DNA from: Gemmatimonadota bacterium
Lineage (GTDB): Bacteria; Gemmatimonadota; Gemmatimonadetes; Palauibacterales; Palauibacteraceae
Length of the DNA stretch: 64,000 nt
Assembly (NCBI GenBank): GCA_021295785.1
Contig: JAGWBR010000003.1
Location: 65,236-129,235 of the forward strand
Direction of reading: 5' to 3'
Shown: positions 41,189-49,727 of the stretch, piece by piece
Position numbering within the stretch: position 1 is the stretch's first letter
Layout: each line of letters starts with the position of its first letter
Program-made: the position numbers and the translations under genes
The notes under the pieces: model-generated
Told to the model about the DNA's origin: nothing
Seen by the model: only the letters and a program-made list of their open reading frames with translations
Database searches by the model: none

Positions 41189-41986
41189 TCAAAAAATCCA
41201 AACCAGGAGGAACTGGATCGTATTCTCGTCCTCGTCGGTACCGAGTTTGTTAAGCCACAGCTGGTACTCGAACCCGGCGTGCAGGGTGTTGGGCGAACCC
41301 GCGAGCGCTTCTCCCAGATCCCAGCGGAGCTGCGGTTGCGCCAGGACCCACGAGTTCAACTCGCCGCCAAGTTCGTCGCCAACCCCGCTCACATACTCGG
41401 CGTGCCCGGTGAACTGGAACGTCTGGCCCGCGAGGCCGAAAATCGACAGCCAGCTCACGTCCCATCCCCAGCCGTCGCCGGTTTTGGGGACGCCGCCCGA
41501 ATCCACACCGCCGCTGTCGTCCCGGTAGGCCGTGAAATCGGTATTCACGAAAATGAACCCCGGCAGGTCCCACGAGAGCCGGATTCCGGGCAGGTACTTC
41601 CGGACGCGAGAGACGATCCCGATGTTCACACCCGCAATGACCTGGATGTCCCTCACTGGCCCCAGACCCGCCCTTCGCCCGGCCAGGCTACTGATGCTGA
41701 GGGTCGGATACCACTCGCCGTAAATGTCGCGGTCGTTGAATCCGTCGGCGCCCCGGTCGTCGGTGTGGTCCAGAAACAGGAAGGTTTCGCCCAGCGCCCA
41801 GGTGCCGGCGTGTTGGATCGTGGAGACCGCCGTGGAGCGGCTCTCCCCGGTGAAGGGGTTGAGGAGGCCACCGAAGGCGAACTGGGCCTCAAGCTGGGCG
41901 GTTGCGGGGGCCGACCCCACGAGCGCCGCGGCGAACACCGCGGCGACACCCGCTCCGACTCGACTGGTTATCGCCTTATTTGTCAC
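41189..41986 (-). CDS. Outer-membrane beta-barrel protein (porin-like; possibly Tsx/nucleoside-channel-like)
   Basis: Signal peptide VGAGVAAVFAAALVGSAPATAQ. Alternating aromatic and aliphatic strands. C-terminal ...TIQFLLVWIF (terminal Phe). 4-nt overlap with the upstream DUF305 gene. Confidence 0.5.
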   Translation of the reverse strand: MTNKAITSRVGAGVAAVFAAALVGSAPATAQLEAQFAFGGLLNPFTGESRSTAVSTIQHAGTWALGETFLFLDHTDDRGADGFNDRDIYGEWYPTLSISSLAGRRAGLGPVRDIQVIAGVNIGIVSRVRKYLPGIRLSWDLPGFIFVNTDFTAYRDDSGGVDSGGVPKTGDGWGWDVSWLSIFGLAGQTFQFTGHAEYVSGVGDELGGELNSWVLAQPQLRWDLGEALAGSPNTLHAGFEYQLWLNKLGTDEDENTIQFLLVWIF

Positions 41987-42771
41987 CGCGGCGCGCCATC
42001 CGGGCCGGCACCCGGATCCGGGTCGTCCCGCGCCGCGCCGGCGGCGATTTCGCGCAGCAGCAGCGCCATGCGGTCGATCTCCATGCTCTGGTCCGCGTCC
42101 ACGTCCGACGCGAACCGGAAGAGCTCGGTCTCCTGTCCGGCCCCCGGGCTCGCGAACAGCGTGTCCAACATGATCAGCGCCCCCTCGTGGTGCCGGATCA
42201 TGTACCGCAGGAACGCCATGTCGAACTCGGCCCCCGACAGGGAGGCCAGCTGCTCCATCTCTTCGGGCGACAGCATGCCGGGCATGGCCGGATGGTGGGC
42301 AGCCATGTGACCGTCCGCCATGTGGTCGTCTTCCCCGTGGTCCGTGTGGCCCTCTGTCATGTGCTCCGCGTGCATCTCATGCCCCTCGGGAGCCTCGTAG
42401 AGCGGCTCGCCCCGGCGCTCCAGCCAGCGCGACATCAGCGCGATCTCGTCCCTTTGAGAAATCGCGATCCGCTGGCCCAGCAGCCCGATCATGCGGTTTT
42501 GGCTCCGCCCCTCAATCAGAGCCGACATTTCGAGTGCCTGCTGGTGGTGCGGGATCATTCCCTGCATGAACCGAACGTCCGCATCCGTGTATTCCGGTCT
42601 GGGAAGCGCGGCCGCCTCTTCGGCGGTGAGTTCGCGACCTGCCTCGCCGGGGGGCCCCGGTTGAATGGTCCGCGCCTCCGAATCGTCCGCTCCGGAATCC
42701 CCGGCCGGGGCGCAGGCCCCCAGCACCACCAGCACGCCCAGCACTCCCAACGTCATCCGGCGGCTCGTCAA
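41983..42771 (-). CDS. DUF305-domain lipoprotein (duplicated DUF305 four-helix module, metal/copper-stress associated family)
   Basis: Lipobox LGVLVVLGACAP. Two DUF305 repeats (DVRFMQGMIPHHQQALEMS...; DMAFLRYMIRHHEGALIML). His/Glu-rich linker HEMHAEHMTEGHTDHGEDDHMADGHMAAHH. Confidence 0.75.
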   Translation of the reverse strand: MTSRRMTLGVLGVLVVLGACAPAGDSGADDSEARTIQPGPPGEAGRELTAEEAAALPRPEYTDADVRFMQGMIPHHQQALEMSALIEGRSQNRMIGLLGQRIAISQRDEIALMSRWLERRGEPLYEAPEGHEMHAEHMTEGHTDHGEDDHMADGHMAAHHPAMPGMLSPEEMEQLASLSGAEFDMAFLRYMIRHHEGALIMLDTLFASPGAGQETELFRFASDVDADQSMEIDRMALLLREIAAGAARDDPDPGAGPDGAPR

Positions 42772-44498
42772 GAGTCCTGGTCCTGATCGTCGGCCGCCAG
42801 TTGCTCTTTCGCCTCGCGTACCATCCGCCGCACATCGGCCAGAAGCTGCTTGGCGTCGTAGACGATGCCGTCTTTGATCGTGTACTTGATTCCTCCGACC
42901 CTTTCGACCTCGCCGGTCTCGTCGTTCAGCTTCAGGGCCCCGGTTCCGTACAGCACCTTGAGATTCTGGAGCGGGTTCTGGTCAACCACCACGAAATCGG
43001 CCTTCAGCCCCGCGCGGATCAGACCGAAATCGGGCTCGGTCCCCTTCGGATCGTTCAGTTCCTGCGCCCCGTGCAGAGTGGCCGCGCGCACCACCTCAAC
43101 CGGGTGGAAGCCGGCTTCTCTCAGCAGCTCAAGCTCCCGGATGTAATCGAATCCGTACAACTTGTAGATGAACCCGGAATCGGAGCCGGTGGTGACCCGT
43201 CCCCCGCGGTTCTTGTATTCGTTCAGGAATTGCATCCACACGCGATAGAAGTTCTTCCAGGCCACCTCGTCCTCGGTGGTCCAGTAGAACCAGTACGAGC
43301 CGTGGGCCGCGCGGCTGGGCTGGTAGAAATCCTCCAGGCTGGGCAGCGTGTATTCGTCGTGCCAGTCGGCGTTGCGGGCGCGCATTACGTCCCGGCTGGC
43401 CTCGTAAATGGTCATGGTGGGATCGATCCCGAAGCCGAGCTCCAGGAACCGGTCCATCAGCGCATTCCACTTGTCGCTGCCGGGTCCGTCGACCTGATCC
43501 CACAGCCTGGCCACGTTGCCGAACCGGTGCTGCTCGTTCTGGTAGTTGTAGTCGAGGGGCCAGTTCTGAACACTATAGTCAGAGAGCATGGACTCGAACA
43601 GGCCGTAGTAGTGGGTCATCATGTCCAGACCCACCTCGGCCGCGTCCAGCGCGGTCATGCGCGAAACGCCCATTTGCCCCAGGTGGGCCACGGTGCCCAG
43701 CCCGTGCTGGTGGGCCTCGTCGATCAGGGCGGCCATGATGGGGGGATCGTACGACCCCAGCTTGAGACCGTCGATCCGCTGGCCCTCGACCTCCTGCGCC
43801 GCAGCCCAGCGTACCCAGGCGCGGGCCTGTTCGGGTGTGTCGACCGGGCCCTGGTCCCAGGCTTCGCCGGGCCTCACGTAGGTATACATGCGAGGAGCCA
43901 CGATCTCGTTGCGCGCCGCCTTCGCCTTTTCGCCCAGCGACCACATCATGGGGCCGTGTCCGACTCCCCTTGAGGTCGTGATTCCGTGGGCCATCCACAG
44001 CTTGTAGACGTATTCGCCCTGGGGTGCCTTGGGCACGCCGCCGGTATGGGCGTGCATGTCCACAAAGCCGGGCATCGCGTAATGCCCGCTCAGGTCGATC
44101 TCGCGGGTCGATGCGCCGGGGTTGTTTTCGTCGGTCAGGTCGGGGCGGCGGTTTTCGTCGATCGGCAGGCCCGGGTAGCCGACCGTCCGCACCGACGCGA
44201 TCCTGTCGTTCTCAATAACGATGTCCACGGGCCCCATCGGCGGTGCGCCGGTGCCGTCGATGATTGTGACACCCCGGAGGATGAGTCTGTCGAACGGCCC
44301 CTCGCCTTCGTCGGCGTTCCGAGGAGTAGTCTCGGGCCGGCCGCTCTGGGCGGCGACCCGGGCCACGGGGGCGAGCGCCGCAATCAGTCCGGCGGCTGTT
44401 GCAACTGCCACTGCTGTGGCGCGACGAAAATCGGCGCGAGAAGCGCCAGAAAGGATAGACCAGGGTGCCCCGGCCGACGAACAGGGTGTGGCGTGCAT
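42768..44498 (-). CDS. Amidohydrolase-family metallo-dependent hydrolase, exported
   Basis: LRGVTIIDGTGAPPMGPVDIVIENDRIASV...GFVDMHAHTG is the HxH metal site. Central and C-terminal His/Asp motifs. N-terminal Tat-like FRRATAVAVATAAGLIAALAP. Start approximate. Stop overlaps the DUF305 ATG (ATGA). Confidence 0.8.
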   Translation of the reverse strand: MHATPCSSAGAPWSILSGASRADFRRATAVAVATAAGLIAALAPVARVAAQSGRPETTPRNADEGEGPFDRLILRGVTIIDGTGAPPMGPVDIVIENDRIASVRTVGYPGLPIDENRRPDLTDENNPGASTREIDLSGHYAMPGFVDMHAHTGGVPKAPQGEYVYKLWMAHGITTSRGVGHGPMMWSLGEKAKAARNEIVAPRMYTYVRPGEAWDQGPVDTPEQARAWVRWAAAQEVEGQRIDGLKLGSYDPPIMAALIDEAHQHGLGTVAHLGQMGVSRMTALDAAEVGLDMMTHYYGLFESMLSDYSVQNWPLDYNYQNEQHRFGNVARLWDQVDGPGSDKWNALMDRFLELGFGIDPTMTIYEASRDVMRARNADWHDEYTLPSLEDFYQPSRAAHGSYWFYWTTEDEVAWKNFYRVWMQFLNEYKNRGGRVTTGSDSGFIYKLYGFDYIRELELLREAGFHPVEVVRAATLHGAQELNDPKGTEPDFGLIRAGLKADFVVVDQNPLQNLKVLYGTGALKLNDETGEVERVGGIKYTIKDGIVYDAKQLLADVRRMVREAKEQLAADDQDQDS

Positions 44499-44680
44499 TC
44501 CCCTGGCTCCTGTTGTTCTTGTAGCCCGTCTGTCTGGATCGCATCGCTGCCCGCCCCCGGGCAGGCAAAGGCGAGGCAAAACCGGTACCGCGTCTGGTAC
44601 GGCCTTCTGGTGCGGTCATCGGGGCGGGTGTAGCCTGCGGAAGCTAGCGCCGGAGCGGAGGGCTGGCTACTCTCAGAACC

Positions 44681-45727
44681 ATGAAAAACGCCTCCTTTCG
44701 ACGTACCCGATTTCGTCGCATCCGGCGCTGGCTGGCGGTACCGCTTCTGCCTGCCGCGATGGCCGGTGCCGCTAGCGATTTGGGCGCGACTCAGGAACCG
44801 GACCATGCCACGGACCGGGACCCGGACTATCTGGGCACCTATTCCATTATTGCCCGGGACCCGGACACGGGCGAACTGGGCATGGGGGTCCAGTCCAAGG
44901 CCTTCGCCGCCGGCAACCGGGCCATGCACGCCCGGGGAGGGGTCGCCGTGATCGCCCACCAGGCCGCGGCGAATCCCATGTACGGAGGAATCGGGCTGGA
45001 GCTGTTGGAGGCCGGGTATTCACCTGAAGAAGCCCTGAACCAGATGGTCGCCGGCGACGAGGGCCGGGAGCGCCGCCAGGTAGCCATCCTGGACATTCGG
45101 GGACGTACCGCGGCATGGACCGGCACCGGGGCCAGCGACTGGAAGGGACACCGCTGCGGAGTCGATTACTGCGCCCAGGGGAATATTCTCACCGGTCCCG
45201 AAGTCGTGGACGCGATGGCGGAGTCCTTCGAGGGTTCTTCGGGGCCGTTGGCCGAACGCCTGCTCGACGCCCTCGATGCGGCGCAGGCGGCCGGGGGCGA
45301 CGCCCGCGGCATGCAGTCGGGTGCCATTCTTGTTGTCAGACCTCGGGTCGGGGGAGGCTTCAGCGACCGGGCGATCGACATTCGGGTGGACGATCATCAG
45401 CGCCCGTTGGCCGAGCTCAGGCGCCTGCTCGACAAGATCAGATCGGGTGAGATGCTGAGCGGGGCCCGCCGGTTGGCCAGAGAAGGAGAACTGAGCGCCG
45501 CGCTGCGTCAGGCCCAGGAGGCCGCGTTCAGATCGCAGGACAATGACAACGCGTGGATGACCCTGGCCGAAATCCACGCCGGTCTGGAGATGTGGAACGA
45601 GACGATCGAATCGCTCCAGAGGGCCGTGGCCCTTAACCAGTGGCGGCGCGCCGCGCTGGCCGACCACCCCGGCTTCGAGCCCCTTCGCGACGACCCCCGG
45701 TTTCGTGAACTGGTCCGGCCCCGGTGA
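44681..45727 (+). CDS. DUF1028 (Ntn-hydrolase-fold) protein with C-terminal TPR-like helical region
   Basis: GTYSIIARDPDTGELGMGVQSKAFAAGNRAMHARGGVAVIAHQAA is a DUF1028 signature; the first residue after signal cleavage is T/S. C-terminal helical repeats (AWMTLAEIHAGLEMWNETIESLQRAVALNQ). Confidence 0.7.
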   Translation: MKNASFRRTRFRRIRRWLAVPLLPAAMAGAASDLGATQEPDHATDRDPDYLGTYSIIARDPDTGELGMGVQSKAFAAGNRAMHARGGVAVIAHQAAANPMYGGIGLELLEAGYSPEEALNQMVAGDEGRERRQVAILDIRGRTAAWTGTGASDWKGHRCGVDYCAQGNILTGPEVVDAMAESFEGSSGPLAERLLDALDAAQAAGGDARGMQSGAILVVRPRVGGGFSDRAIDIRVDDHQRPLAELRRLLDKIRSGEMLSGARRLAREGELSAALRQAQEAAFRSQDNDNAWMTLAEIHAGLEMWNETIESLQRAVALNQWRRAALADHPGFEPLRDDPRFRELVRPR

Positions 45728-45757
45728 GGGCGCTTTGGGGAGTACGTTCCCGCCAAG

Positions 45758-46003
45758 GTGTTGCCTTCCGCCGGGGACATGATCGCGCGGATCGATCAGC
45801 CTTTTGGAAGCCTGCTGTTCAGCCTGTTGGAGCCTCGGTCCGACGACGGCTTCGCCACCCGGGGATTCTTGGCCGACCGCCTGGAGGCAGGCGCGGTATC
45901 CCGTTTCACGGGTGCCGAGAGGCTGAACGAGCGCACGAAATTTGCGGGGTCCGAGGAATTCTGCCGCCCGATCATGAAGCGCGCGGGACGGAAGGAACCC
46001 TGA
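45758..46003 (+). CDS. Small hypothetical ORF (81 aa) ending 4 nt before the P450 fusion gene start
   Basis: Its TGA at 46001-46003 is followed by cgta and the ATG at 46008. A GGAAGGAA Shine-Dalgarno-like sequence lies inside its 3' end. No family recognised; could be a small operon-leader ORF. Confidence 0.25.
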   Translation: MLPSAGDMIARIDQPFGSLLFSLLEPRSDDGFATRGFLADRLEAGAVSRFTGAERLNERTKFAGSEEFCRPIMKRAGRKEP

Positions 46004-46007
46004 CGTA

Positions 46008-48407
46008 ATGTTTGCCGGACTTCGCGATCTTCGGCGCCGCGTGCGTGATACCACGGGGTTATTCGCCGAGCTGCACCGCCAGGGCGGGGCCATGGCCGAT
46101 TACCGCATCCTCGCCAAACGGTTCAATGTGGTTTTCGACCCGGAAATAATGGAAGAGGCACTGCTCCGGAAGCACGCCTGTTTGGGCAAGGGCAAGCAGC
46201 AACAGCGCACGCTCGACAACCTCTGCATCGTCACCGCCGACGGCGATGATCACAAGTGGCGCCGCAAACTGTTGCAGCCTTCCTTCACGCCGAATGCGCT
46301 GCGCGGCTACGCGGTGGCGATGGTTGAGGAGGCCGTTCGGCAGCGCGACTCGGTTCGTGACGGGCAGGAGCTCGACATCGATCACCTCAGCCACGAACTG
46401 TCCCTTTCCATCACGGCCCGGACGTTCTTCGGGGACGACCTGCACGTTGAGCCTGCGATCATGAAGGAAGCGCTGGCAGGTTACCGGTGGCGGGCCGTCT
46501 TGGGGCTGCTTCCCCTGGGGCGTGTGGTTAAGGCCCTGCCCCTGCCCCGCACCATCGCCAGCGAGAGGGCGATCAAGCGGCTGGACGACCGTGTTTACGA
46601 GGCCATCCGCAAAGCCCGGGCCAGCGCGCAGGAGCGCACTGATCTGATTGCCCACCTTGTGGCCGCCTGGGATGAGGGGCACCCTGCGGGGACATTTCCG
46701 GAAAGCGCGCTCAAAGACGAGGCTTTCGCGATCTTGGTGGCGGCTCACGAGAACACTGCGGTAACGCTGACTTGGTGCTTCTATCATCTGAGCCGTAACC
46801 CCGGGGCCCGCGAGCGCCTCGAAGCCGAGTTGGAAGAGGTACTTGGCCACCGTCTGCCGGACTTCGACGACGTTGAACGCCTGGTGTACACGAAGGCGGT
46901 AATGGACGAGACCATGCGACTGACCCCGACCGCAACGTATTTGGGTCGTACTGCGCTAGAGGATATTGAGTTGGGCGGTCGGCAAATCCCCAGACACTCT
47001 GTGACGCAGTTTTCGATCCGCACTCCGATGCGGGATGCGAAGTACTTCCCCCAACCGGAACGCTTCCGGCCCGAGCGCTGGCTCTCGTCCTCCGCCGACC
47101 TTCCGCGTCTGGCCTACGCGCCGTTCGGTGCCGGCAACCGGTTCTGCAGCGGGTTCAGGTTTGCCACCATCCAGATGGTACTGGCACTGGCGATCATTGC
47201 CCGGCGCTGGCGGTTTGAGCTGGTCTCCAAGGAAGATCCGGCAGTCGTTGATTTCATCATCTACAAATGCAAGGATGGTCTGCCGGTTGTGGCCCGCGAG
47301 CGGACAGGCAAGGCAGAAATTCCCGTTGGTGGCCCGCGAGCGAAACTTCAAACGAGGGGCCAGAAGGGCGGTCGCGTGACCGACATTCCGCCGGTTTTTG
47401 TCTTCAGCACCGGTCGGTGCGGCTCAACCATGGTCTCGGAGATGCTGAACCAGCACCCGGGCGTGCTCAGCATGTCCGAGTTCTTTGCGCAGCTCGGGGT
47501 GGCGGCTTTCACCCGGAAGAAAATCAGCGGCGACGAGATGTGGCGGATGTACAGCGAGCACACGCCCCGAATGCGGATCGTGACGTACGAGGGCCTGACC
47601 GAGGTGCTCTACCCGTTCACAGATCCCGTTGCCCGCTTCAACGCGGAAAACCTCCCGCCGATTCTGGCCGTGACGCTTCCTCACCTGACTGACAAGTACG
47701 AAGAACTGTTCGACGAGCTGGGTCCGGCCGTGCGCGCGATGTCCGACGCCACACCCGCCGACCATATCAGGGCGCTCTGCCAGTGGCTGTGCCAGCGACG
47801 GGGCTCAAGGGTGTGGGTGGAGCGTCATGGCGGCTCACTGATCCTTGCTTCGCGACTGCTGCGCTACTTCCCCGAGGCAAGGATTGTGCATATGTACCGG
47901 GACGGCCGTGAGACGGCGTTGTCGATGGCGAAACACCCTCCGTTCAAGCTGGCGCTGGCTCGGGCCAGGCGGGCCAGGCGTATTGGCCTTGACGCGTACC
48001 GTTTGCTCGAACGGTTCGAGCGGCGGGACCGGCTAACCCAGGCGATTCAGAAGGCCCAGTGGCGGATGACCGACCTGGACGCCTTCATGGCCGAGGAAGC
48101 GACCCTGCCCGAGGCGGCGGAACTCTGGAGCAAGATGATCGAAACCGGGCACCGGGTCTTCGGCCATTTCCCCCCCGACCGGCTGCTGAACCTGCGGTTC
48201 GAAGACATGCAACAGAATCCGGCTGAAGAGGCGCGTCGCCTCATCCGGTTCATTTCGCCGGAACTCGACGACGACGCTTGGGTAGCCGAGGTGGCGAAGA
48301 TCCCGCGCCAGACAGAATCGAAATTTGCGCAGCTGGACTCGGCCCAGCAGGCCGCGATCACGGCCGCGTGCCGCCCCGGGCTCGAGCGGCTGGGGTATTC
48401 GTCCTAG
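46008..48407 (+). CDS. Cytochrome P450 :: PAPS-dependent sulfotransferase fusion protein (799 aa)
   Basis: N-terminal approx. 430 aa has P450 signatures: I-helix VAAHENTAVTLTW, ExxR DETMRLTP, haem-binding loop FGAGNRFCSGFRFA (FxxGxRxCxG). C-terminal approx. 340 aa (from about 47388) has the sulfotransferase 5'-PSB P-loop PPVFVFSTGRCGSTMV and 3'-PB YRDGRETALSM (Sulfotransfer_3-like). Single uninterrupted frame; ATG at 46008. Confidence 0.85.
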   Translation: MFAGLRDLRRRVRDTTGLFAELHRQGGAMADYRILAKRFNVVFDPEIMEEALLRKHACLGKGKQQQRTLDNLCIVTADGDDHKWRRKLLQPSFTPNALRGYAVAMVEEAVRQRDSVRDGQELDIDHLSHELSLSITARTFFGDDLHVEPAIMKEALAGYRWRAVLGLLPLGRVVKALPLPRTIASERAIKRLDDRVYEAIRKARASAQERTDLIAHLVAAWDEGHPAGTFPESALKDEAFAILVAAHENTAVTLTWCFYHLSRNPGARERLEAELEEVLGHRLPDFDDVERLVYTKAVMDETMRLTPTATYLGRTALEDIELGGRQIPRHSVTQFSIRTPMRDAKYFPQPERFRPERWLSSSADLPRLAYAPFGAGNRFCSGFRFATIQMVLALAIIARRWRFELVSKEDPAVVDFIIYKCKDGLPVVARERTGKAEIPVGGPRAKLQTRGQKGGRVTDIPPVFVFSTGRCGSTMVSEMLNQHPGVLSMSEFFAQLGVAAFTRKKISGDEMWRMYSEHTPRMRIVTYEGLTEVLYPFTDPVARFNAENLPPILAVTLPHLTDKYEELFDELGPAVRAMSDATPADHIRALCQWLCQRRGSRVWVERHGGSLILASRLLRYFPEARIVHMYRDGRETALSMAKHPPFKLALARARRARRIGLDAYRLLERFERRDRLTQAIQKAQWRMTDLDAFMAEEATLPEAAELWSKMIETGHRVFGHFPPDRLLNLRFEDMQQNPAEEARRLIRFISPELDDDAWVAEVAKIPRQTESKFAQLDSAQQAAITAACRPGLERLGYSS

Positions 48408-48632
48408 CGCGCTATCGCGGGAATACTCACCGGTGGATGTCCCTGGCGACGCGAAAACCCATTGTGGAGGCGCTATGAGCGAGCCCCTGTCAGTTTGTCG
48501 TCCCGAATCTCCTGCTCGCTCAGCGGCTCGCAAGCGCAGCCAGTGTCCTCACCACCACTTTCACGAAATTCATGCTGCCCGTAACGCCCCACGCTAGAGC
48601 GCTAGTTGAGTTTGCGCAATTCATTGTCTAGA

Positions 48633-49727
48633 ATGCCGCGCCTACGACGCCAAACTCCGAGGTGCGTTTTGCCCAACATCGATACGCCCCCCGTGTTTGT
48701 GGTCAGCACCGGGCGGTGCGGTTCTACGATGGTCTCCAACATGGCCCGGCTGCACCCCCGGATTCTTAGCGTGTCCGAGTTCCTGGCGTGCCTGGCCGAC
48801 AAGGCGCTTGTTGGATCCCATCTTGACGGCGAGGGGTTGTACGAGCGCTTCGCCAATCTGCGCCCCGTTGGGAAGGCCCTGCTCCGCAACAACCTGATCG
48901 TCAGCGAATACCTCTACCCCGTTGGGCAGCCCGGGTCCCGGTTCGGACCCCGGGACGTGCCGGCAATCATGGGAGCTACGCTACCCCACCTGTCGGACGA
49001 CCCGGAAGCCCTCTGGGACGAGCTTGTCCCCGTGATCCGGGCGCGTGGCCGGTACACCTTGCAGGCCCAGTACAGGTTCTTTTTTGAATGGCTGGCCGTC
49101 CGTTTCGGCAAGGATGTGTGGATTGAACGGTCCGGGGCTTCGATTCTCAGCGTCCCGACCCTGGCCAGGCTCTTCCCCGACGCCCGTTTCGTGCATGTCT
49201 ACCGCGACGGCCGCGACACGGCCATCTCCATGCGGGGCCACTACGTGTTCCGCATGTACCTGGGCATGGCGATGCGTGGCAGGCGCGTCGGCATGGATTC
49301 TTTCAGCCCGCGCAACTGGCCGGGGACCAGTCGTTGGGTGCCCTGGTTCACTCCTCTGGTGTTTCGGAGCTTTGACGCCAAAGCCGACAATTTCCGCGAC
49401 AATCCCGCCGCGCTGCACGAGTTCGGGTGGTTGTGGAGCAGTATGATCGAACGGGGTACCAGATACTTGGACGCGCTCCCGAAGGACCGCGTCCTCAACA
49501 TGCGCTTTGAGACTGTACTAGAATCCCCCAAAGATGAAATGCGGCGGTTTGCCGAATTCGTGGGCCCAGGATTCGTGGACGAAGACTGGCTTGAACGGAT
49601 CACCTTGCTTCCCCGCAAGAAGACACCCAGCTGGATGAAGTTGACTTCCGACGAGCATGCCCGCCTGGCCGCAGCATGCACACCTGGACAGCGGATTCTG
49701 GAATACGCCCAAGACGAGCAGTCGTGA
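48633..49727 (+). CDS. Sulfotransferase (Sulfotransfer_3-like), paralogue of the C-terminal domain of the upstream fusion
   Basis: MPRLRRQTPRCVLPNIDTPPVFVVSTGRCGSTMVSNM (5'-PSB) and ARFVHVYRDGRDTAISM (3'-PB). Collinear similarity to residues about 460-799 of the fusion through to the C-terminus (VLNMRFETVLESPKDEMRRF vs LLNLRFEDMQQNPAEEARRL). The ORF track starts at TTG 48606; ATG 48633 is preferred. Confidence 0.8.
   Translation: MPRLRRQTPRCVLPNIDTPPVFVVSTGRCGSTMVSNMARLHPRILSVSEFLACLADKALVGSHLDGEGLYERFANLRPVGKALLRNNLIVSEYLYPVGQPGSRFGPRDVPAIMGATLPHLSDDPEALWDELVPVIRARGRYTLQAQYRFFFEWLAVRFGKDVWIERSGASILSVPTLARLFPDARFVHVYRDGRDTAISMRGHYVFRMYLGMAMRGRRVGMDSFSPRNWPGTSRWVPWFTPLVFRSFDAKADNFRDNPAALHEFGWLWSSMIERGTRYLDALPKDRVLNMRFETVLESPKDEMRRFAEFVGPGFVDEDWLERITLLPRKKTPSWMKLTSDEHARLAAACTPGQRILEYAQDEQS

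Noticed and set aside
45020-46093. 357-aa minus-strand ORF antisense to the DUF1028 gene and the small ORF
   Set aside because: Overlaps a gene with strong family motifs. Low complexity. Would collide with the coupled start of the P450 fusion.
48560-48640. Sigma70-like promoter TTGAGT-17nt-TAGAAT immediately abutting the sulfotransferase-2 ATG
   Set aside because: The -10 hexamer would overlap the start codon, requiring a leaderless mRNA starting inside the ORF. Promoter consensus for this lineage is unknown. Kept only as a low-confidence note inside another finding.
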